Source of the DNA: a virus
Lineage: Duplodnaviria; Caudoviricetes
IMG/VR virus record: IMGVR_UViG_3300046002_000449
Span: 1-29,747 of that record
Strand: one strand, 5' to 3'
DNA: 29,747 nt
Within the stretch, counting starts at the first letter, position 1; every line of letters begins with the position of its first letter. The notes beneath the pieces are model-generated. The model searched no databases and was not told the DNA's origin. It worked only from the letters and a program-made list of their open reading frames with translations. Of this stretch, positions 6,777 to 14,575 are shown piece after piece. The position numbers and the translations under genes are program-made.

Positions 6777-8699
6777 ATGGCACTCGTACTTAATGATCGT
6801 GTTCGTGAAACAACCATTGTTGTAGGTACGGGTCCTGCAACGTTACTCGGGACTGCTGTAGGGTATGAATCTTTCTCTATAGTAGGTGATGGTAATACTT
6901 GTTACTATTGTATATCCGATCAAGGGGGAGCTAATTGGGAAACAGGTATTGGTACTTATGTCTCTGCTACCCCTGCATTAGCCCGTACCACAGTTTTAGC
7001 GTCATCTAATGCTGGGGCATTGGTTAGTTTTACTTCTGGCACTAAAGACGTATTTGTAACCTACCCTGCTGAAACCGCTGTATCCGGTGGGGGCGGTGGC
7101 ACATACCCCACTGTCCAACCAACCCTTAACTTAGACTTTGCCAACAGCAAAACCGTAGACCCTCGCATCACGTTCGTGCGTAACAGCACAGCTGCGTATT
7201 ATGACGGTCAGACCAGTGCAGTGGCTGAGCAGAATTTGTTGTTGCAGAGTCAGACTTTTGCTACTACTTGGGTAACATCTAATACAACGCTTGGTTCTGT
7301 AACTACTGCGCCTGATGGTACTACTACGGCTTACCCATTAACCGCTTCTGCTATTAATGGTACTTTATTGCAAACATTTACTGCTACCGCTACTGCATAT
7401 ACTTTTTCGATATACATACAGCGTGTAACAGGCACAGGTAATATAGACATTACAGTTGATGGTACAACTTACGCTACTCAGACAACTTCAGGCACATGGA
7501 CAAGATTTACTATCACCACAACGCCTGCGGCTGGTTCTAAAACTGCTGGTATTCGTCTGGCTACTTCAGGTGATGTTGTTAATATCTGGGGCGCACAACT
7601 AGAACAACGTAGTTCAGCCACAGCCTACACACCCACTACCACCGCAGCTATCACAAACTACATACCCGTATTAATGACGGCTCCTGCTGGTGTGCCACGG
7701 TTGGACTATAACCCTACTACAAGTCAGGCGTTGGGGCTGTTGATTGAAGAGGGTAGGACTAATTTACTGAACTTTTCAAGTTCTTTTGCAGCATCAGGAG
7801 GCTCACAAAATAACTGGTTAGATACAAGTATCACAAGGACAGCAGCTGCTTTTGTTGCTCCAGATAGTACACAAGTAGGGATTCAATTTACTGCTTCTGC
7901 CGCTAATGCAACAGTCATATCAACGGCAGCTGTAGGCACTTCATTAGCTCGCACATTTTCAGTTTGGCTAAAAAGAATATCAGGTACAGGTGTAATTAAT
8001 TACACGCTTGATAACGGTGCAACTTGGATAGCACAAACAATAACATCAACAGTTACTCGCTATACATTTGCAGCCACAACAGCTAATCAACAAGTTGGAT
8101 TTCAAATCGTCACTTCTGGCGATAGCATTGGTATCTGGGGCGCACAACTTGAGGCTGGAGCATTTGCAACATCATATATACCAACAGTTGCTTCAACCGT
8201 AACTCGTGCTTCTGATAACGCTAGTATGACTGGGACTAACTTTAGTAGTTGGTATAATCAGGCGCAGGGGAGTTTGTATTGTGAAGGGGATTATAATGAA
8301 ACAAATCCTAATGCTTTTTCAATGTTTGTCGAAGGTGGGGCATCAAATGGAGCAATCACTCTAGGTAGTATATCCACAAATAGTAGCACAACCATGGCGT
8401 TTATAGTTAGAAATACCACTACTAATCCAACAGGTCAGGCAACTATAACTTATAGCTTTATTGTCAACGCATCAATTAAAGGTGCTTTTATATATAACGG
8501 TTTATCAGGACTTACTTGCGCTTTAAACGGAATAGCGTATGCAGGCAATGCTTCAATTCCAGCAGCACCAACACCACCAGATCGCATACATTTAGGATCA
8601 AGGGCAGGAAGTTCCTTATTTACTAACGGTCACATCCGCAAACTTTCCTATTATCCTGTCGCTCTTTCATCATCTAATCTTGTGGCGTTGACATCATGA
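6777..8699 (+). CDS. Tail fibre / spike protein
   Basis: N-terminal anchor MALVLNDRVRETT...WETGIGTY...DVFVTYPA, a GGGGG linker, and LDFA...ITFVR. Two NLL..S...IWGAQLE...AT.Y.PT domains and GLLIEE.RTN. Lectin-like C-terminus. Confidence 0.75.
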   Translation: MALVLNDRVRETTIVVGTGPATLLGTAVGYESFSIVGDGNTCYYCISDQGGANWETGIGTYVSATPALARTTVLASSNAGALVSFTSGTKDVFVTYPAETAVSGGGGGTYPTVQPTLNLDFANSKTVDPRITFVRNSTAAYYDGQTSAVAEQNLLLQSQTFATTWVTSNTTLGSVTTAPDGTTTAYPLTASAINGTLLQTFTATATAYTFSIYIQRVTGTGNIDITVDGTTYATQTTSGTWTRFTITTTPAAGSKTAGIRLATSGDVVNIWGAQLEQRSSATAYTPTTTAAITNYIPVLMTAPAGVPRLDYNPTTSQALGLLIEEGRTNLLNFSSSFAASGGSQNNWLDTSITRTAAAFVAPDSTQVGIQFTASAANATVISTAAVGTSLARTFSVWLKRISGTGVINYTLDNGATWIAQTITSTVTRYTFAATTANQQVGFQIVTSGDSIGIWGAQLEAGAFATSYIPTVASTVTRASDNASMTGTNFSSWYNQAQGSLYCEGDYNETNPNAFSMFVEGGASNGAITLGSISTNSSTTMAFIVRNTTTNPTGQATITYSFIVNASIKGAFIYNGLSGLTCALNGIAYAGNASIPAAPTPPDRIHLGSRAGSSLFTNGHIRKLSYYPVALSSSNLVALTS

Positions 8700-9106
8700 A
8701 AAGACTAATACTTACAAGTCCTACAGGGCTAACATTTGACCAACTGACACCGGAACAACAAGCTGGTATTAGCTCGGTATTTGCTCAGTATATTATGCCA
8801 ATGCCGGGTACAATCAGCTATGGTACGGAAACTTATACAATCACTACACCTGATCCTGATGTAATAGAAACATTCACAGGCTTATCAATCTTAGACGCAA
8901 CAACAACCGACAACTTTACCGTAGAGTCTATAACTACATTAGGCTTACCGTTTACCGTGATGGGTATGTGGCAGTGGGAGGGCAATAGTGATAGTCCATT
9001 AGTTGAGCTTGAGCCACTAGACCCTAGCTTTATTAATTACTTACCTGAAGGCTCTATTTTACATATTCCTAACAACTGGGCTGGCTGGCCTGAGGTGATC
9101 TTATGA
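8696..9106 (+). CDS. Hypothetical acidic protein, possibly a fibre chaperone
   Basis: 136-aa ORF coupled by ATGA directly after the fibre gene. Confidence 0.55.
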   Translation: MKRLILTSPTGLTFDQLTPEQQAGISSVFAQYIMPMPGTISYGTETYTITTPDPDVIETFTGLSILDATTTDNFTVESITTLGLPFTVMGMWQWEGNSDSPLVELEPLDPSFINYLPEGSILHIPNNWAGWPEVIL

Positions 9107-9474
9107 GTACACTAATCGGTACAGCACCTGACCAAGTGCCTGTCAATGGTATGCTAGGCAAGGCTGCTTTTTTAAATCAAGATGTGCCATTCTCAGGTGC
9201 GTTAAAAACTATACAAACAGCCCCTACGATAGCCTCAGCAACTACCATTGCGCCTACTGCACTTATTACGTTTGTGTCAGGCATTACCAGCATAGCAACC
9301 ATTACACCGCCTACAGGCTTACTGACAACTGGTGGGCAGATTACAATTATTCCTACGGGTATTTTTGCAACGACTACGGCAGGCAATATAGCTTTGATTA
9401 CAACTACTGTGGTCAGTAAGGCATTGATTATGACATACGATGCTGTTACTACTAAATGGTATCCGAGCTACTAA
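9103..9474 (+). CDS. Putative fibre-associated structural protein
   Basis: LIGTAPDQVPVNGMLG N-terminus, with APTIASATTIAP...KWYPSY. Confidence 0.6.
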   Translation: MSTLIGTAPDQVPVNGMLGKAAFLNQDVPFSGALKTIQTAPTIASATTIAPTALITFVSGITSIATITPPTGLLTTGGQITIIPTGIFATTTAGNIALITTTVVSKALIMTYDAVTTKWYPSY

Positions 9475-9487
9475 GTAAGGAATAATA

Positions 9488-10525
9488 ATGGCTGCACTTT
9501 TTGCTTCTACAGATAACAGTATATTAATTACCCAAGGAAGCACTATAGGCTCATTCTGTTTTAGTGAAGTGGGTTTTGGGGCTGGGTATGGTTATACTAA
9601 TATAATCTATAGTAATGTCCAAACTATAACTGAAGCTGAAAGTGCACTAGGCGCGTTTTATGGTATAACTAGTGAGTCATCTACTATAACTGAAGCTGAA
9701 AGTGCATTGGGCACATTCTTTGGTGTACGTGATGAGTCATCTACTATAAGTGAAACTGACATTGTTTTACGAGCTATATTTGCTTCTACAAATAATATAG
9801 TAACTACCAATGGTGCAGCCATAGCGGGCTTTAGTTTTAGCGAAGTAGGTTTTGCAGATGGGTATAGTCTTTTAGTACAGGATAATATCCAAGCTATAAC
9901 AGATGCTCAAAGTGCGCTAGGCGTACTAGTTGCCTCCCTACCTGAATCTACTACGATAACTGAAGCTGAAAGTGCAATAGGTCTATTCTATGGACTACTT
10001 GCGGATACTCAGACCATTACAGAAGATGAAAGTGCACTAGGCGCGTTTTATGGTATAACTAGTGAGTCATCTACGATAACTGAAGCTGAAAGTGTTTTAA
10101 GAGCTGTATTTGCGTCTCTTCCTGAATCAATTACTATAACTGAAGCTGCAAGTGCGTTGGGTACATTCTTTGGACTACTTGCCGATACTCAGACCATTAC
10201 AGAAGTTGAAAGCGCATTGGGTACATTCTTTGGACTACTTGCTGACGCTACTACTATAGATGAAGCTCAAAGCTCAACTCAGGACTTTCCTGTTAGTGAG
10301 ACGGATAGTACTCAGACTATAACAGAAGCGATGAGTGTCTTAAGGGCGATCTTTGCAGACCTACCTGAATCAATTACTATAACTGAAGATGAAAGTGCAC
10401 TCGGTGTATTTTATGGGCTTCTTGCTGAGTTATCAGTTATAACAGACTACCAATTTGGACGAGGATGGATTAAAATAAACGATAACCAAAACCCAGATTG
10501 GGTTCAAATAGATAACAGCCAATGA
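9488..10525 (+). CDS. Acidic 20-aa repeat protein, probably virion structural
   Basis: AAGGA SD. About 12 units of xTITEAESALGxFxGxxxES, and a C-terminal WxxIxDxQxPxWxxI. Confidence 0.7.
   Translation: MAALFASTDNSILITQGSTIGSFCFSEVGFGAGYGYTNIIYSNVQTITEAESALGAFYGITSESSTITEAESALGTFFGVRDESSTISETDIVLRAIFASTNNIVTTNGAAIAGFSFSEVGFADGYSLLVQDNIQAITDAQSALGVLVASLPESTTITEAESAIGLFYGLLADTQTITEDESALGAFYGITSESSTITEAESVLRAVFASLPESITITEAASALGTFFGLLADTQTITEVESALGTFFGLLADATTIDEAQSSTQDFPVSETDSTQTITEAMSVLRAIFADLPESITITEDESALGVFYGLLAELSVITDYQFGRGWIKINDNQNPDWVQIDNSQ
9620..10446 (+). repeat. Imperfect 60-bp coding tandem repeats
   Basis: ATAACTGAAGCTGAAAGTGC recurs at a 60-nt period. 9637-9684 is identical to 10027-10074. 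Confidence 0.9.
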
Positions 10526-10683
10526 AAATAGAATGGTCTGAAGCATCTACTAAAAGAGGTATTATATGGGTCGCAACTGCTGTAATAGGGGCTGTATTAC
10601 TCTATCAAGGTAAACCTGTGGATCAGTTGTTATTACTTGCTGGCGGCGTTGCTGGTGGTCTTGGTGTGATACTAAAAGACTGA
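10522..10683 (+). CDS. Putative small holin, 53 aa (not in the ORF track)
   Basis: MKIEWSEASTKRGIIWVATAVIGAVLLYQGKPVDQLLLLAGGVAGGLGVILKD has two hydrophobic segments. It is coupled by ATGA and TGATG and lies directly before the spanins. Confidence 0.7.
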   Translation: MKIEWSEASTKRGIIWVATAVIGAVLLYQGKPVDQLLLLAGGVAGGLGVILKD

Positions 10684-11150
10684 TGCCTTACTTATTCGTT
10701 GGTATTATCATTGCGAGTTTTGCTTTTGGGTACGGGTTTTCGTATAAAGTATCACAAGCAGAAATTAGAGAGATGTCAGAAAGCATCTTTACTATGAACC
10801 GAGAAGCTGACATACAACTAGCGACTCTTACTGAAGAAGCGGATAAGGCACATACAGAAGCCTTAAAGCTTAATAAAGAATTGGAGGACGCTAATGTCTC
10901 AGCAATCAATGCAATTAATAGTCAGCACGATAGTTTTAAGTCTGTGCGCATGTACGACAACAGCAGGAAGAGTAGTAGTTGCACCGCAACAAAAGGTGAT
11001 AATACCAGCACCGCTGCTGGAGCCGATGAAGATAGACACGAACTTTCAGACGAACTTACAAGCTTTCTCAAGTCTGAAGCATATAGGGCAGACCAAATAG
11101 CACAGTATGCTATACTATGTCAAAAATTTGTAAACAACTTAAATAATTAA
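10683..11150 (+). CDS. Rz: Inner-membrane spanin (Rz-like)
   Basis: N-terminal TM helix, coiled coil, flexible linker, and a C-terminal FL..EA.RAD......CQ pattern. Confidence 0.75.
   Translation: MPYLFVGIIIASFAFGYGFSYKVSQAEIREMSESIFTMNREADIQLATLTEEADKAHTEALKLNKELEDANVSAINAINSQHDSFKSVRMYDNSRKSSSCTATKGDNTSTAAGADEDRHELSDELTSFLKSEAYRADQIAQYAILCQKFVNNLNN
10894..11100 (+). CDS. Rz1: Outer-membrane spanin lipoprotein (Rz1-like), embedded in the +1 frame of Rz
   Basis: GGAGG SD at 10883-10887. Hydrophobic signal ending in a lipobox-like LSLCA-C (Cys codon at 10951). Pro-rich IPAPLLEP. Confidence 0.7.
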   Translation: MSQQSMQLIVSTIVLSLCACTTTAGRVVVAPQQKVIIPAPLLEPMKIDTNFQTNLQAFSSLKHIGQTK

Positions 11151-11162
11151 AGGACAACCACG

Positions 11163-12965
11163 ATGCCGAGTACATATAGTCAATCATTACGGCTAGAGCT
11201 TATAGGCTCTGGAGAACAGTCTGGCACATGGGGTAACACTACTAATAACAACCTTGGAACTCTTTTAGAGCAATCTATAGCTGGGGTTGTAGATATTGCT
11301 GTGTCAACTGCAGACGTAACTTTAACTAATTATAACGGTGTAACGGATCAATCTAGACAAGCAGTATTAAATGTTACTGGCACTACGTCTGCTATTAGAA
11401 ATATCATTGCTCCGTTGGTTAAAAAAATATACATTATTAAAAACAACACTACAGGGGGTTTTGGCATTGTTATAAAACCACCTTCTGGCACTGGGGTTAC
11501 TATACCTTGGGGTGGTACAAGCACTGTATATTGTAATGGAACGAATTTTCTTTTAGTTACTGGGTCTATACCAAATGCCAACCAAGCTTTAAACAACTTC
11601 AACTTTACAGGTGCAGCAGCTTCAACTGTAGCGGGAGGGCTTGTTGAATATGCCCAAATGAATACCGCAATTCTAAATGCTCAAAATGATGCCGCTGGGA
11701 CTTTTCAAAAGCAACTATTTACAGCTTTTACTACAAGTGGAACATCATCTGCGTTTACATTACCTATCTCATCGCTTACTGCAGCTCCTATGGCTAAGTT
11801 TACGGGGTCTATTGCTGTCACGACAGGGACACTTACTGTAACGGCTGTTGCAAGTGGGGTATTGTATCCAGGTATGGCTATTTCAGGTGCGCTTGTTACT
11901 GCTGGCACATATATTGTCTCGCAACTTACTGGAACTACTGGCGATGTAGGTACATATGATACAAACCAAACAACAGCCGCTGCGTCTACAGCAATAACAG
12001 GCTACGTAGGTATAATAACAAACCAAAGACTGCGTTTAAAGTTTAACGCTACAGGTACGGGCGCACCTACTCTAGCTGTTTCTGGGTTAACAGCTAAAAA
12101 TATTAAACAGTATGATGACTTAGGAGTAAAAGCAGCGCCTGTTATTAAAATTAATATGCTTGCTGATGTTGAGTACGACGGCACTGATTATGTTATTTTA
12201 AATCCCTTAACCCCTGCTGTACCAACATTATCGCCTATACAACCATTTACAGCTACTGTTGCAGCAAGTGCAATGACTGTGACTTTGCAACCAACTTCTA
12301 TAGATTTTAGATCAACAACCCTTTCATCTGGAGAAGTGACAACAGTAGACATAGCTACAGCAGTTATGTTGGTTATTCCATCAGGAGCAACATTAGGGAC
12401 TGTAAATGCTGTAGCATCTAATCTAGCTATTATTGCCATCAACAATGCAGGGACTGTTGTGCTAGGTGTTGTTAATATCGCGGGAGGAGTTGATCTATCA
12501 GAATCAGGGGTTATAACTTCAACAATTATAAATACAGCCTCGGATTTAAGTACTGTTATTTACTCAGCTTCTGCACAAACTTCTAAAGCATATAGAGTTA
12601 TTGGCTATGTTGAATCAACTCAAGCAACTGCTGGCACATGGGCGACAACACCATCTTTAGTTCAAGGTGCAGGTGGACAAAACTTAGTAATGGGTACTCT
12701 AGGTTATGGGCAGACTTGGCAGGATGTAAGCGCTTCAAGAGCACAAGCTACTAATTATTATAATACAACAGGTAAGCCAATAATGGTAAATATATTTACT
12801 GCTGTAGCAGGGGCAACGGGTACTATAACTGTTAATGGAGCACTTGCAGCTTATAATTTGGGCAGTATAGCTGAGTACAATAAATTTTCAGTGATCGTAC
12901 CTAATGGTAATTCATATAGCTGCAATTTATTAACCGCCGGATATGTTTGGACGGAGTTAAGATAA
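11163..12965 (+). CDS. Tail fibre protein
   Basis: N-terminal MPSTYS.SLRLELIGSGEQSGTWG.TTN.NL anchor, Thr/Ala/Gly-rich modules, and a C-terminal GYGQTWQDV..SR....YYNTTGKPI.V...VPNG.SY...WTELR fibre tip. Confidence 0.8.
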   Translation: MPSTYSQSLRLELIGSGEQSGTWGNTTNNNLGTLLEQSIAGVVDIAVSTADVTLTNYNGVTDQSRQAVLNVTGTTSAIRNIIAPLVKKIYIIKNNTTGGFGIVIKPPSGTGVTIPWGGTSTVYCNGTNFLLVTGSIPNANQALNNFNFTGAAASTVAGGLVEYAQMNTAILNAQNDAAGTFQKQLFTAFTTSGTSSAFTLPISSLTAAPMAKFTGSIAVTTGTLTVTAVASGVLYPGMAISGALVTAGTYIVSQLTGTTGDVGTYDTNQTTAAASTAITGYVGIITNQRLRLKFNATGTGAPTLAVSGLTAKNIKQYDDLGVKAAPVIKINMLADVEYDGTDYVILNPLTPAVPTLSPIQPFTATVAASAMTVTLQPTSIDFRSTTLSSGEVTTVDIATAVMLVIPSGATLGTVNAVASNLAIIAINNAGTVVLGVVNIAGGVDLSESGVITSTIINTASDLSTVIYSASAQTSKAYRVIGYVESTQATAGTWATTPSLVQGAGGQNLVMGTLGYGQTWQDVSASRAQATNYYNTTGKPIMVNIFTAVAGATGTITVNGALAAYNLGSIAEYNKFSVIVPNGNSYSCNLLTAGYVWTELR

Positions 12966-13198
12966 TGCCATATTACAAAGATATAAATAATCAATTACAT
13001 GTTCTTGATTCTGCTGAGTTTGAATACTTACTCCCTGCTGATTGCGTAGAAATTACAGACGTAGAGGCTCAGATTATACAAGATGAATATAAAGCCAATC
13101 AACCTACACCAGTAGAATTAACACCGCAAGAAAAACTGGCTAAAGCAGGGCTCACAGTAGATGAACTTAAGTCACTACTGGGTATCAATGGAAACTAA
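12965..13198 (+). CDS. Putative tail fibre assembly chaperone
   Basis: The likely start is MPYYKD at 12965 (TAATG coupling). LLPADCVEITD.EA motif, directly after the fibre gene. Confidence 0.6.
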   Translation: MPYYKDINNQLHVLDSAEFEYLLPADCVEITDVEAQIIQDEYKANQPTPVELTPQEKLAKAGLTVDELKSLLGINGN

Positions 13199-13724
13199 CT
13201 TTAAAACATCTTTAGATCATATTCTTAAAAGTGAAGGTGGCTTTCAAGACGACCCTAGAGATAATGGTAATAGGCTACCTGATGGTAGAAAAGGTTGTAC
13301 TAATCTGGGAGTAACACAAGCTGCATGGGAAGCGTATGTAGGGCATAAGGTCAGCACTGCAGATATGAAAGCATTAACTGCAGATAAGGTTTCACCATTT
13401 TACAAACGTAGGTATTGGGATGCTGTACATGGAGATGATTTACCCAGCGGTATTGACTATCTCGCTTTTGATTTTGCTATCAACGCAGGGCCCGGACGCG
13501 CATTAAAAACACTGCAGACTGCAGTTGGAGTTACAGCAGATGGGGCAATGGGCCCTAAAACTCTTGCAGCAATTCGGGCCGCAAATAGTAAAAAACTTAT
13601 TAATAAGTACACAGACGCTAAAGAAGTATTTTACAGAGCTCTTCCGTCTTTCCCTATATACGGTAAAGGTTGGTTGGCGCGTACTAGTGCTGTTGACACA
13701 ACAGCTAAGACATTAATAGGATAG
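13188..13724 (+). CDS. Endolysin, glycoside hydrolase family 108 with C-terminal peptidoglycan-binding domain
   Basis: EGG..DDPRD.G...G.TNLGVT, YW...D.LPSG.D...FDFA.NAGP.RA...LQ...G...DG..GPKT, and GKGWLAR. The likely start is METNF at 13188. Confidence 0.88.
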   Translation: METNFKTSLDHILKSEGGFQDDPRDNGNRLPDGRKGCTNLGVTQAAWEAYVGHKVSTADMKALTADKVSPFYKRRYWDAVHGDDLPSGIDYLAFDFAINAGPGRALKTLQTAVGVTADGAMGPKTLAAIRAANSKKLINKYTDAKEVFYRALPSFPIYGKGWLARTSAVDTTAKTLIG

Positions 13725-13748
13725 ACTATGCCATTAAAGAAGTTAGTA

Positions 13749-14459
13749 CTAACACCCTGCTTTTTTATTAGCCCACCAAAGTTTCTTAGCATCGGAGACT
13801 TTCTTGTTGTGCTCTGCTGATTTAGGCTTACGTAGTTTTTCTTGCACTTCCGGTGTTTGCATGGTTACTAACCGTTGTTCCATAGATGCGTATACACCAA
13901 GGCTTATTTTTTCTCGTGTTTCTGGTGAACTAATTGCCAATAGTCGAGTCTCTGTAAAATCTATGTTAGCATTTAAAGACTTCATATTTGCACTTCTGAT
14001 TAAAGAAACTTCTTCTTTTGTTTTCTTTATAGGTTTTTGTTTCCGTTTACTATTTAACTTCTCTTGGTACTCTGGAGATGTTATAGTACTTGCAAGGTTG
14101 AGTAGTCTATTTTTTCTCTTTATAGGTTCGTGTAACGATGTACTTATTTTCTTTCGGGTATCTTCAGTTTGGTGTTCTCCACCCGCGGTTATGTTAACAA
14201 GAGGTCCTGTGCCTTTACATGCTCGACCATATAGTGCTACTAATTGCATCTCTAATTTAACCCCCTCTTCAATAGAGGGTAGCGTATGAAGTTCTACAAC
14301 AACGTTGTCAACCCCAATGCGGTCAACCATATCTTTACAAACTTGTGTTCTTCCCGATGTTTCAACTGCATGTGGGTTAAACCTTCTTGTAAAAGTTGTG
14401 CACCCAACGTAAAACGGAACTTGGTCTATGTCTTTCCAAATATATACATAAGTTATCAT
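13749..14459 (-). CDS. GIY-YIG family homing endonuclease with NUMOD3-like repeats
   Basis: YVYIW...PFYVG...RRF..H, E..LVALYGR...GPLVNITAGGE, and repeats HQTEDTRKKIS, SPETREKIS and KSAEHNKKVS. The likely start is MITY at 14459, with an AGGTGG SD. Confidence 0.8.
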   Translation of the reverse strand: MITYVYIWKDIDQVPFYVGCTTFTRRFNPHAVETSGRTQVCKDMVDRIGVDNVVVELHTLPSIEEGVKLEMQLVALYGRACKGTGPLVNITAGGEHQTEDTRKKISTSLHEPIKRKNRLLNLASTITSPEYQEKLNSKRKQKPIKKTKEEVSLIRSANMKSLNANIDFTETRLLAISSPETREKISLGVYASMEQRLVTMQTPEVQEKLRKPKSAEHNKKVSDAKKLWWANKKAGC

Positions 14460-14490
14460 AGCAACCACCTTCAATTAAATATAAAAAGCT

Positions 14491-14499
14491 ACTATAACA
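14491..14499 (-). promoter_or_regulatory. Possible extended -10 promoter for the GIY-YIG gene
   Basis: The minus strand reads TG-T-TATAGT about 30 nt upstream of the ATG, in a very AT-rich spacer. Confidence 0.4.
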
Positions 14500-14575
14500 T
14501 ACGCGAAATAAAAGACCTAATATATAAAATATTTAATATTATATTCGGTAAGTCATTGAATTATAAGGATAGACT

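Noticed and set aside
7583-8149. Possible diversity-generating retroelement TR/VR pair in the fibre gene
   Set aside because: Only an 18-nt match within duplicated protein domains. There is no adenine-specific mismatch pattern and no reverse transcriptase in the window.
13525-13716. Alternative-frame ORF inside the endolysin gene as a nested lysis gene
   Set aside because: No lipobox Cys or clear TM segment, and the spanins are already accounted for at 10683-11150.
13758-14565. Group I intron interpretation of the endonuclease insertion
   Set aside because: The ORF is antisense, there is no room for or sign of P/Q/R/S core elements, and the duplicated start makes splicing unnecessary.
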